Origin: Octopus sinensis
Lineage: Eukaryota
Length of the DNA: 64,000 nt
Direction: 5' to 3'
Assembly: GCF_006345805.1 (NCBI RefSeq)
Contig: NC_043018.1
Span: forward strand, 2,108,001-2,172,000
The translations under genes were made by a program, and so were the position numbers. The notes under the pieces were generated by a model, which searched no databases, was not told where the DNA came from, and saw nothing but the letters and a program-made list of their open reading frames with translations. This document shows, one piece after another, positions 1 through 12,680 of the stretch (its first letter is position 1; each line of letters starts with the position of its first letter).

Positions 1-191
1 GTCAAGTACTGCGATGTAAGTAATCGACTTCTGCATCCCATAACATCTCATTCCTCCATATCCCCTTGTGTGTGGATTGGGTTGACGGAAACTGAAAGAA
101 GTCCGTCGTATATATATGTAAATATATATATACATATATATATATATTCTCGGTCACAAAGAACATCTATACACCCTCACCCACATGATTG

Positions 192-630
192 ACCGATGCC
201 TGACCCGTTGAATTCTTCAACCACCGGTTCTCAACATGCACTGATAAACAGTTTCGCCATGGGCTCTTAGGAGCACAGTTCGATTTGTTTTTTGCTCCGC
301 CTCTGTTCTGTTTTTGTTTTTCCAACGGATTTCCTTCTTTCTTCCTGAAGAGAAAGACACAATATGGTCCCATTATTCAATCGGATTTTGGTAATTTGTG
401 CTTTCGAAACACGTGTAGAATGAAATAAAACGATTTCTGTTCAATCTGCGTTCAGCTCCATTTCTTCAATTCACCAATAATGTTTTAATTTCAATTATCC
501 GCACCAACGCACGGTTGCAACGCCAGATGGTTGTACCTCCAACCGCGCTGTTTACTGCTGTGATTTTTGCTACTAAGGTATCGGTTAAACTTTTGATTAA
601 TCTACTACAAGATTATTCATCTTTCTATTT

Positions 631-634
<4 letters not shown>
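192..634. mobile_element. Hammerhead-bearing non-autonomous retroelement (Penelope-like/retrozyme-like), copy 1, internally rearranged
   Basis: Segment 192-484 matches 49061-49349 directly. Segment 512-634 matches 48941-49064 in reverse complement. The copy lies next to the (TA)n tract of a family-B SINE. Confidence 0.7.
338..425 (+). ncRNA. Type I hammerhead ribozyme, intact core, in a Penelope-like dispersed repeat
   Basis: Core CTGAAGA at 345-351; stem II GAAAG(A)CACAA (352-362) / TTGTGCTTTC (396-405); GAAAC at 406-410; short helix III AC-ACGT-GT with a palindromic loop; cleavage triplet GTA at 415-417; stem I TTTC-TTC (338-344) / GAA(T)GAAA (418-425). Confidence 0.8.
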
Positions 635-664
<30 letters not shown>

Positions 665-919
665 TATGTGTTTGTGTGTGTGTGTTGGTGTTTGTGTGCT
701 TGTCATTGTCATGGTTGAAATCAATTATATCAAAACTTGTAGTCAAGGGAACTGATGTGGTTTAGAGTAACAAAAATATTAATAGTTTCTGGTTTAGGGA
801 AACGGTTAACACTTCTTAGAAGAGCGACTTTTACGATTCCCTCAATCCCAGTAATCTATCTTGTGGACTCTTCCGGGATCACTACAAATTTGATCCTGCT
901 GGTGTACAATTTCAGAATA

Positions 920-1520
920 CAAAACACCAGAGATTAAAGACGGATGAAATGATGCTACGCATTTTGTCCGGCGTGCTAACGATTCGGCTAGCTAACTTTG
1001 TTTTTCATTACAATAATATTCCTTTCAGCTATAGAGCCAAGACTTGATAATTTTGGAGGAAACGGTATAGTCGATTACATTGACCCAAGGGGTCAAATGC
1101 TTATTATTTCACCGACGTCTAAGAATGAAAGGCTGGAATTTGAACTTTAAACATTAAACTGGAAGAAATTCCGTTTATCGTTTTGTCCTCTGTGCTAACA
1201 TTTCGGCCAGCTTTCCCTCTTTTTCATGACAAAAATAATCCCCTCAACTCTGCGGCCAAATACCTGAAAATTTTGGCGGTAAAGGTGACGGTCGATTATA
1301 TCGATCCAAGTGGTCAAATGGTAATTCTTTCATCGGCAGAATTTGAGCTGGAAGAAATGTTGCTGAGCCTTTTCTCCCGTGTGCTAACGTTTCTGCCCGC
1401 TCACCGTCTTATAACTTGCACTTATGTTGTCGACACCTTTATGATGAAACACAAAGAAGACCTCTGCTGAATTTGAACTCGGAACATAGAACACGAAAAA
1501 TTCCGCTGGGTAATACTCAG
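920..1520 (-). mobile_element. Cluster of decayed family-A SINE fragments
   Basis: Degenerate reverse-complement matches to the family-A head (ccggcgtgctaacg) and core (gtcgattacattgacc, gaatttgaact). Confidence 0.5.
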
Positions 1521-1629
1521 TCGTTTTATGGATGCAGCAAATGGATCATCTTAATAACAAGGAGAGTGGTTTCAAATTTTGGCACAAAGGCAGACATTTT
1601 CGGGGGGTAAGTCGACACCAGTACTTTTT

Positions 1630-1866
1630 TCTTTTCTTTTTAAGCTTAGTACGTATTCTATCGGCCATTTTTGCGAAACACTAAATTCCCCCCCCCACAC
1701 ACACATTACGGTACATCTCTCACTTTCCATTTACCAAATTCACTAACAAGGCCTTGGTTAGTCCGAGGCTATAATACATAGAAGGAACTTGCTCAAAGTG
1801 CAACGCAATGGAACTGAACCCAGAAGCCTGTGGTTGGGAAGCAAGCTTCTTACCACGCAGTCACTC
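1630..1866 (-). mobile_element. Family-B tRNA-derived SINE, diverged
   Basis: Reverse complement of the family-B head (cttaccacgcagtcactc, gaactgaaccc) and part of the body. Confidence 0.65.
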
Positions 1867-3821
1867 ATCGTAATAACAATAGTTTTGAGGGTAGAATAAA
1901 AACGATTTTCCCTTAATACATTTAACGGGTTTTGTTTTGTTTTTATTTAATTCATTAAATACTCTGAACTCGTGTTTCTCTTCATATTATTAGGAGGTTA
2001 TCCAATAATATCATTTTGGAGAATATTAGGGAAATTCTGTATTATCTATATTATGTTTGTTATTTATTGATATTTTCTTTAATTCCCCAAACAAATCCTC
2101 ACTATTCCAGACAAAGTATATTTTGATTTGAATTTCTATTTAGTTTTTTTTTTTCCATTAAAGGTTTTATTTATATTTTTACAAAATATTTTAAAAATCA
2201 TTTTAATCAATTTTAAGTTTGTATATTTTTTTTCCCCTGATTGATATTACTCAGATTTTAATTTGGTTTTCATACAGAATATAATGATTTGCTCGCTAAA
2301 TTTTATTCATTTATTTATAAGTCTCACACTGTGTTAGGGATACTTAATTTTGTTTTGGCAATGCAGACTTTAATTTAAAACTCTACCAGAAAATTCTTGC
2401 GATAGTGAAATAATTTATTATTAATCATTTTGCTTTCTATGTTATTCTTTTCATCTTAATGCATTCGACGAATTGGTAAAGCTTCACTGCAAACGTTTCC
2501 TTCGTGTTTCCGCTCCCACCCGTCAATGTAACCGAAATACATAATAGACAAAGAGGGGCAAAAACGGAAAGAGTGGAGTTGATTAAGGCGATAAAAGATG
2601 GCAGTTGGCAAAATCATTAGAACGTCGGACAAATTGCTCTTTATGTTCCGAATACAAATTCCGCCGCCGAGGATTTTGCCTTCCCTCCTTTCGGGATTCA
2701 TAAAATAAGTACCAGCTGATGTGCTAGATTTAACCTATCCACCCAACCTAGATATAGTGCTTATTGTACAAATACTGGTTTTCAATATTGGTACAAAGCC
2801 GGTCGGCAATTTCATGAGAAGCGGCGAGTTGAGTACATCGACCTCAGCCTTCAATTGGTAATAATTTTATCGACCACGAAGGGATGAAAAGCTAAGTTCT
2901 GCCCCGGCGGAATTTGAAGTCGGAACATAAAGGTGGACGAGAAAATCAGAACAAAGACGGACGAAATTTGGTGCAACACCACTTTGTCTTGCCTAGCATT
3001 TGAGCAATGGAGGTCGAAAATGTTCACCAGCACCAGCACCACCACCACCCTCACCATCACCATCACAACCAGCGTCACCAATGTCACCAGCACACTCTCT
3101 GCTGGTATCCATATTTCTTTTTTAGTTCTCGCGATTATTTCTTGATTTAAAAAAAAAAGTTATTTACATTTTTTTTCTTTTGATTACCTCTATCAATCAT
3201 CATGGACATAGGCAACGAAAACAGCGGCACTATCTATGATGGCACTGTCACCCCATGAACCAGCATCAATAATAACCTCACTGTCATCATCATCATCATC
3301 ATCACAAACATCGAAAATGAGGTCGAAAATGTCAGAGACCTTCTCGAAGTGTGGCAGTCCCAATGTCAATGAAAGTGAATATACTAAACCAGGACGTGTG
3401 TTTGATATTATTACATTGTTCCTCTATTTTTCTTTATACTTTTCGTTGGGTGAAGGGGGTGACAAGACATTCGGGCCGCCCTGTACTGTGACCGATGGCA
3501 CTGAATAAAACCCCATCACAAAACTGTTGTCTCTTTGACTAAATCAGAAACTGTCAATACGTTTCTTACTGTCTTTGCAAACTCATTTATTCTGAAATAC
3601 GCTTAACGAATCCATGTTCGTGCGGGAGACATTTCATGTTTATTTATCGTGAATATAAAGAATTTGTGTTGGCTGTATGATTCTGGTGAGGTGCCATAAC
3701 CATTGGAACTTTGAAAGCAAAAATGGAAAACAAAATAAGATAAATGGCCTACGTTACAGGGTTATTGGAATTTACGCTTTTAATTCAAAGCTACGTCTCT
3801 CTGTGTATGTGTGTGTGTGTT

Positions 3822-3871
<50 letters not shown>

Positions 3872-4371
3872 AGTATGTGAATCTGAGCATGTATCTATGT
3901 CTGAGTATGCGTTTGTCATTCATCACCGCTTGGCAACCGGTGTCGATTTGTCTACATCCCCGCAATGTTGCGTGTCGGCAAAAGGAGATCGATAGAATAA
4001 GTAGCAGACTTTAAAAACAAATAAGTACCAGGGTTAATTTGATTGAATAAAATTTCCAAGGTGTTGCCCCAGCATGGTCGCAGCCCAATGACTGAAAAGA
4101 AACGTGAAATAGGATCACACATATAAAAATAAAGGAGAGAGAGTGGAGAGAAAGAAAGAAAGAAAGAGAGAGTGATGAAAAGGGGGACAAGAGGGAAGAA
4201 AGAGTGAATCATTAAAACATGTCATATAAGTCAGCGTCGATTCAGTTAGTCCGGCAATCGGGTTATGGAGGATGTTGATGATTAACTCGAAATCGTAGTC
4301 CTGGGAGTCACGTGATAATTAAGAGTCCACCAATGACAATGCTCGTATTGGCTTTCTCTTTTTCTCTTTTC

Positions 4372-4573
4372 TCTTTTTTACTTGTTTCAGTCATTTGACT
4401 GCGGCCATGCTGGAGCACCGCCTTTAGTCGAGCAAATCGACCCCGGGACTTATTCTTTGTAAGCCCAGTACTTATTCTATCGGTCTCTTTTGCCGAACTG
4501 CTAAGTGACGGGGACGTAAACACACCAGCATCGGTTGTCAAGCAATGCTAGGGGGACAAACACATACACACAA

Positions 4574-4643
<70 letters not shown>

Positions 4644-4799
4644 GACAGGCTTGTTTCAGTTTCCGTCTACCAAATCCACTCACAAGGCATTGGTCGGCCC
4701 GGGGCTATAGGAGAAGACACTATCCCAAGATGCCACGCAGTGGGACTGAACCCGGAACCATGTGGTTGGTTAGCAAGCTACTTACCACACAGCCATTCC
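4372..4799 (-). mobile_element. Family-B tRNA-derived SINE, full length, with central (TA)n/(CA)n microsatellite
   Basis: Near-identical reverse complement of copies at 50081-50462, 50599-50997 and 54080-54462. The head has pol III A-box-like (tggctgtgtggt) and B-box-like (gggttcagtcc) motifs. Confidence 0.85.
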
Positions 4800-5126
4800 T
4801 GCGCCTATTATATTCTTTTATATTCCTTTGTGGTCTTTTATAAACGCGATCTCTTTTCGACTACATTATCCTACCAGTGCTAGCAGTGGAAGTAGAGTTT
4901 TGCCACCATATTTAATAGTAGTCAGTACTGCATAAATACAATAATCTATTATTGTATTTATTACTCTCATTAATTTACTATCATTAAAGTTATTGGTGCG
5001 TATACGTGGTCATCAGAGGAATACTAATTTCCAAAAAGAAAATATTCTGTCCATTATATCAAAATATTATTAAATAAAACAAAATAATGATGTACAAATA
5101 TTCATTCTTAATACTTTTCGGCTGAT

Positions 5127-6812
5127 TCAAGGCGGCGAGCTGGCAGAAACGTTAGGACGCCGGGCGGAATACTTGGTGGTATTTTGTCAATCTTTATTTT
5201 CTGGGTGCAAATTCCACCGAGGTCGACTTTGCCTTTCCTCCTTTCGAAATCGATAAATTAAATACCAGTTGCGTACTGGAGTCGATATAATCGACCGGCT
5301 TCTTTCCTCAAAATTTCGAGCCTTGTGCCTAGAGTAGTAAAGATTATTTTAAGGCGACGAGCTGCCAGAAACGTTAGCGCTCTGGGCGAAATGATTAGCG
5401 GTATGTCGTCTGCCGTTACGTTCTGAGTTCAAATTCCGCCGAGGTCGGCTTTGCTTTTCATCTTTTCGGAGTCGATTAAATAAGTACCAGTTACGCACTG
5501 GAGTCGATATAATCGACTTAATCCGTTTGTCTGTCCTTGTTTGTCCTTTCTGTGTTTAGCCCCTTGTGGGTAATAAAGAAATAGGTATTTCGTCTGTCTT
5601 TATGTCTTGAGTTCAAATTCCACCGAGGTCGACATTGCCTTTCATCCTTTCGGATTCCATAAATTAGATATCAGTTGCTTACTGGAGTCGATTTAAACGG
5701 CTGGCTTCCTTCCCCAAAAATATTATTTTAAGGCGGCGTGTTAGCAGAAACGTTAGCGCGCTGGGCGAAATAATTTAGCTGTATGTCGTCTGTCTTTATG
5801 TTCTGAGATCAAATTCTGCCGAGGTCGACAGTGCCTTTCATCCTTTTGGGATCGATAAATTAAGCACCAATTGCGTACTAATCGACTGACACCCTCCTCA
5901 CAAAATTTTCGGGCCCTGTGCCTAGAGTAGAAGAGAATAATTTTCGACAGATTCGAATGCTAATACGCTAATTGCTGTTAATACGTTGAGCTGTCAGAAT
6001 CGTTAGAACGCCGGGTAAAATGGTTAGCACCATTTCGTCCGTTATGTTCTGAGTTCAAATTCCACCGAGGTCGACTTTACGTTTACTTCTTCCGGGCTCA
6101 ATGAAATAAGGTACCAGTTCAGCGGCCATGCTGGGGCATCATCTTGGAAAGTTTAATCAAGCAAATTAACGCTGGTGCTTATTTTTATTTTTAAAGTCTG
6201 GTATTTATTCTATCGATCTCCTTTCACCAACCCGCTACGTTACAGGAAGTAGACAAATCAACAGCGTTTGCCAAGCGGTGGTGAAGGGCAAACATATACA
6301 CAGACATAGATACACACACACACACACAACCGACTGTTGCAACGAAATTGCTGGCCTCGTACCAATATTTGAAACCGATATGCTAATCGCTGTTAAAACG
6401 GTGAACCTAGCAGAATCGTTACAAAGCTGGCAGAAACGCTTAGCACCATTTCGTCAATCTTCGTGTTCTGAGTTCAAGTTCCGTCGAGGTCGACTTTACC
6501 TTTCATCATTTCTGGGCCGATAAAATAAGAACCCGTTGAACGCTGGGGGTGTCAATGGAATCGACTTATCCACTCCTCGCAAATTGCTGGTCTGTTGACA
6601 ACATCTGAGACAAGTATGTAAATGGCAAACTGGCAGAATAGGTAGCACGCCGAGGAAAATGATTAGCAGCGTTACGTTCCGAGTTCTAATTCCGTTGTGT
6701 GGTATACTTTCCCTTTCATCCTTTACGGGTCGATAAAATAAGTACCAGTTGGGCACTGGTGATGGTGAAGAGGTGGATGTAATCGACTGACCTCGTCCCA
6801 AATTGCTGGTCT
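5127..6812 (+). mobile_element. Head-to-tail pile-up of at least 7 family-A tRNA-derived SINEs (Deu/Nin-like core)
   Basis: Repeated head ggcggcgagctggcagaaacgttag, B-box gagttcaaattcc and core gcctttcatcctttcggggtcgataaattaagtaccag, which resembles the Deu/Nin SINE domain. Starts near 5128, 5351, 5590, 5730, 5985, 6405 and 6625. Confidence 0.85.
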
Positions 6813-7826
6813 TGTGCGACATTTCGAAATCAATATTCTCAACGTTGTTGTATCAGGTTTTTCGGAGGCCAACACTTTATTTTTTCTTTGTATAAATCAT
6901 CCCATAATTATTGTCATTAACTCCATACCTCCACCCCCTGCTCTGCTACCTCCTCCATCACCCCTCCTCCTCCCCTTCCCTTCTCTATCATTCTTTTTCA
7001 CTGAGTGCGTGTTGCATTCTTTCTCTCATAGCGTGGCCGCCAACTCATCTCCTCAGCCATTGTGGTGAAAAAAACATCCTGGTGGTAAGCATCTTCTCAA
7101 TCCAAACGCCACAAGAACTACATTATCCAATGCGTCAATTCCATTAGAAGCTAATGTAGATTTTCGTAGATACTTCGCCGTGTTCTCGAAAACAATCATT
7201 CTCGAGGGAACACAAAATATCTTTCTGTCAGATCGTGAGAAACGTGAGAGACACTTGTTTTTGTACCATACAGTATAAGAAATACTTCCTAAACGAACTA
7301 CTTCTTCGTTGTAAAGATACTTCGTTCGTAAACTGATACAGCACAATAGTACTTAATGCGGTTTAGCTCGATTTATTCTTCACATTTACATACATAAGTG
7401 GCTTTTTATTACTTACGCGTAGCGGCAATTTTCCAAGTAAATTAAGAGTTCTTCCTATAATTAGTAAGTAGGTTTAAGTAGGTGACGAATGTTAAGATCT
7501 GTCGCGTAAACTCCTTCAGGATGCGAATATTTATATATTTGTGTGTTTATGTATATTTCTGTCTCTATCTGACATTAATTTAGCTCCTCCATAGAAAACC
7601 ATCAGCTCGTACGGCGTATTTAAGTGCACACACATACGTGCACAGACATTCACACACACGTAAATACATACATACATACATGCATACATACACTCGTACA
7701 TACATACCTGTATTGACACACAGACAGAAATTTCACCCATCCAAATATACATGCATATAAGCTTATAAATACATATCTATCCCTCCACATATATAAAAAT
7801 ACGCGTATGCAAATATGTGTGTGGTG

Positions 7827-7889
<63 letters not shown>

Positions 7890-7890
7890 T

Positions 7891-8095
7891 ATAGTTAATC
7901 CAAACAAGAAAACACAAAAAAAACACAGCAACGCGAGGACGTGGAACAAATAAAGTATTATTGGACGCTCAGGAAGAAGGGAAGAAGGAGGGTTTAACGT
8001 TTTGACGGAGCTCTTCGTTGGAAACAAAGAAGAAGGAAAGATCCCGAGAAGGGAAGACAGAGGAAAAAAATTGCTGGCAGTGCTACGAGGTCACA
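7891..8095 (-). mobile_element. Short Penelope-like non-autonomous repeat with a decayed hammerhead motif (paralogue of 27506-27712)
   Basis: About 205 bp of direct similarity to 27506-27712; both copies abut (TA)n. The hammerhead core is mutated in this copy. Confidence 0.65.
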
Positions 8096-8392
8096 GCACT
8101 CATCCCAGATACAAACACACACACACACACACTCACACATGTTCTCTCTCTCTCTCACTTTCTCCTCATCCATCACCCTCTTGTACTGTCTTATATTCCT
8201 CCCCACCACTACAAACTCTATAAAATGGTCAAAACTCCTCACACAGGAAGTTAGTTTTATTTGAAAACCCCACTAGAATGGGAGAAAGCGCTAATGATCT
8301 AAGTGATATGATAATATATATAAAAAATGTAATATACAAATATATATCTGTAAATATAAACCATCCCATCTTCTGAGTACCTCATTTCTTCT

Positions 8393-8427
<35 letters not shown>

Positions 8428-8566
8428 CATAGATATTTATTATATATATATATATATATCTATATATATTATATACATAGATAGATTTATATATATACTA
8501 TATATAATATATATACATAGATAGATTTTTATATATATATATATATATAATATATAAATTTATATA

Positions 8567-9153
8567 TAGAGGAGTTGGACAAAATAATGGAAACATAATT
8601 TTGTTTTTTTTATTTATTATTAGTGTTGCTTAATATGTTTTGTTAAAATTGCTGTTTCTTTTCAGATATCATCAGGAAAAGGTAATTAAAATTCATTAAA
8701 CTGACAGATCTATCGGACTTTCAAAGAGGTCAAGTTGCTGGTGCTTGTACGGCAGGCGCTAGTGTAACGAAAACAACCGAAATATTTGGTGTATCAAGAA
8801 CTGTGTCGAAAGTAATAAAAGCCTTCGAGAAAGAGGGAAAAACCTCCTAGTCGAAACAAAACTCCGGAAGAACACCAAAACTTTCAGATAGGGATTGTCG
8901 GACTCTTAAGCGAATTGTTAGAAAGGGTCACAAAGGTACAGCACCAAAAATTACTTCAGAGCTGAATGACCACCTCGAGAACCCAGTTTCCACAAAAACT
9001 GTTCGCCGAGAGCTGTATAAAGCCGTATTTCACGGGAGGGCTGCAATAAAAAAAACGCTACTTTCAAAAACAAACGTTGCAAAGCGTTGAGATTGGAGTA
9101 AAATCATACAGAATTGGTCCCAAGAGCAGTGGAAGAATGTTATTTTCTCCAAT
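8567..9153 (+). pseudogene. Tc1-family transposon, left TIR plus N-terminal half of a dead transposase
   Basis: TIR-like tagaggagttggacaaaataatggaaac at 8567. Translation from 8701 reads DLSDFQRGQVAGA...SGRTPKLSDRDCRTLKRIVRK...VSTKTVRREL...WKNVIFS, with in-frame stops, and is truncated at the first catalytic Asp position. Confidence 0.85.
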
Positions 9154-9170
9154 ATATATGTATCTATAAG

Positions 9171-9387
9171 TATAAGGGGTGCTGAAAAGTTCCTGGCTTG
9201 TGATAAAAGCAAATACACGTGGATCAGTTAAAAGGTATATTAATCAATATCCTCCCCTCACAGATTCACACACACATTGCAGCAGTCCTTCAGTTTTTCT
9301 AAGCCCTCTTAAAGGACTTAGAAGGTTGGGTCTCCAACCAGGTTTGACACCCTTAAAGCCAGGATATTTTCCGAGCTCCCACGTATA
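9171..9387 (-). mobile_element. Mariner-derived MITE (~217 bp)
   Basis: Imperfect TIRs tataaggggtgctgaaaagttcctggctt / aagccaggatattttccgagctcccacgtata with TA ends. The interior minus strand encodes a mariner C-terminus-like peptide (GLEKLKDCCNVCVNL.GEDID*). Confidence 0.7.
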
Positions 9388-9579
9388 CCTAATTCAGCTG
9401 AATCTAAATAACATTTACACACACACACACACACGCACACGCACACACACACACACACACATACACACACACACATATATATATGTATGTATATATATGT
9501 ATATACCGATACGTATCTCTCTCTCTCTCTATCTGTCTCTGTCTCTGTCTGTCTGTCTCTCTCTCTCTATATATATATT

Positions 9580-9610
<31 letters not shown>

Positions 9611-10517
9611 GCGTGTGTGTGTGTGTGTGTATGCCTAGATGCATGCATACACACACACACATCTATGTATATATACATCTGCATGCTTACATATATACAT
9701 TAAAAATACCCGTAGACCGCCCCCACTAAGTAAGATACTGGGAAAATTTCATCGTGTATTCTTTGTAGTCAGCTGTGACTGTCAGTGTAATTGGTAAGAT
9801 GGAATATCTATTCGGGTTCCATCCATCTGATGTACCTGCAATACTCCGTGATTCTGTCAGAAAGTTCAATAAAGTGTACACGTGATGATCGCTTCTGATC
9901 AATCCCATTAATCGTGATCAAACCTTTCATTCATTTCTATTAATTACGTTCAGAATAATTTGATCAGGTGTAAAAATCGTGATTAACTCTTTTCGATCAA
10001 TTGTAATAATCGTGATCAGATCAGCCCTGTTGAGTGCAATCAATTTTCTTGATACCAAGAGCATTTCTAAACGAGGTCTTTATTATATATTGAGGCCTTT
10101 TCTCCTGAACTATGTAAGCATAACAATTGATATGAATGAAATCCCATTACAAATAATGGAACCCGTGTTGCAAACACTGCCGCCACCTTTGCCCAGGCAC
10201 TAACCATTCTTTGAGTTCGGCCTCATAATATAACGCTACGACGGATTCACGTTGTTGGACGTAATATCTATATTCCTCAGATCTCACTCCCTCTCTTTGT
10301 CCGCGATCCATTGGAATTCTTTGCTGTGCTTTCTCCTTCAATATCATTACGTAAACATTGCTTGCGATCCATAATTCATTCTAGCCATCCGTGTCATGTC
10401 TCTACTCAGCCACAAAGAACTACCCCTATTTTCACTCTCTCTTCCCCGCTCTCTCTCTATCTATATATACTCACACACATATATATGTATGTATATATAT
10501 GTATATACCGATACGTA

Positions 10518-10622
<105 letters not shown>

Positions 10623-11646
10623 ATGTACATATATATCTATATCTATCTATTAATATACATTATATATATATATATATAAATCTATATATATGTATATATA
10701 TATATATATATATTCATATATCTCACAGTCTCTACTACTCTCCCATTACCTTTTGCTCTCTCTCTCTCTAATATATATATTTCCTTCTTTCATTGCATCG
10801 CCATGTTTCTTTTAAATATTTCATCCCTGTGCGCGTATGTTTGAATATACTGATCCCCGTTACGATAAACGCCTTCATATACGTACCTCTCCCTTGCCAA
10901 CTCCACCACGGCCACACCGACGGCACCAAAGCATTGAATATCTATATTAATTTTATATCTCTTCAAGGTTTTATAGTTTTCCAAAGATTCTTTTCGTATG
11001 AGCAATCACAATTTCTCGCTATTCCATATTCCATGCATTTCTAATGCATTTGCTTTCGAGAAAATGTCACATGACATGCAACATCAACAGGCGTATATTT
11101 CTCTTTCTTTATGTGTTTCCAAAATGTGAACTCTGACATTTTTGTCAATGCTAAATATGACCTCATTTCCTCAAAATTCTTGGTAACAACGCATGAAATG
11201 TTCTTTAAGTACCTTCTTAAAAATCTTCAAGAATCTCATCTTTTACATAAATAGTTATTACATCGGATACATCGGAAGTATACGTACAAAGACACACACA
11301 CACACATACACGCACAAACACACAAACACACAAACACACACATACACACTCACACACACAAAACAACACACACATACACACTCACACACACAAAACAACA
11401 CACACATCCACACTCACACACACAAAACAACACCCACCCGCACACATACAGGCGCACGAGAACACACACATATCTATGAGTGGCAATACTGGCCGAAACC
11501 TATCAAAGTTTCAATGAGTGTGTGTGTATATATATACAGTAGCCATTTTGTTAGAAATGGCCTGGGTCAATGCTGGACAAAACTTATCTAAATTGCTAGT
11601 TATTCAAGAACATACATATATGTATATTCATGCATATAACTATAAT

Positions 11647-11700
<54 letters not shown>

Positions 11701-11765
11701 CTTATATATATATATATATGTACGTATCTATGTATATATTGCACACACACACATATATGTTTTAT

Positions 11766-11811
<46 letters not shown>

Positions 11812-11813
11812 CA

Positions 11814-11844
<31 letters not shown>

Positions 11845-12214
11845 GTACTCATGTTGGCCCTTAAAGTTTTCTGCGATTTATAGCCACCATTGTGTGTCTG
11901 CCAAATGACTTGAACATTGAGTGTATTCATTATTTCGGTTTTACCAATTTATCACTCTACGCATTAGAGGATTTCGGGAGTGTTTGAATTATGCTTCTGC
12001 AAATATATTACATTTGCACCCCCCCCCGTTCTCTTACGCCAAGTCATTACTGATGTTCGCTGAAACGAATACAACTTTCAAGCATGCATCTTGCATCATC
12101 TCATATAAGATGTATGTAATAACGAGTAATATATTATATATCATCAAAACGTATGAGAAGGGTGCACACTTTATATGTGTGTATTGATGTCTATCCATTC
12201 ATCCAGCGATCCAT

Positions 12215-12680
<466 letters not shown>

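Noticed and set aside
8664-8686. Apparent micro-exon ttttcAG...aagGTAATT
   Set aside because: It lies inside the 5' region of the Tc1 relic, so it is not evidence for a host gene.
10887-10941. Possible 55-bp minus-strand exon with a GAG|GTACGT donor; one frame contains GRGGVGKG
   Set aside because: The acceptor is weak, all three frames are open, and the Walker-A-like word lacks the S/T and the preceding hydrophobic strand.
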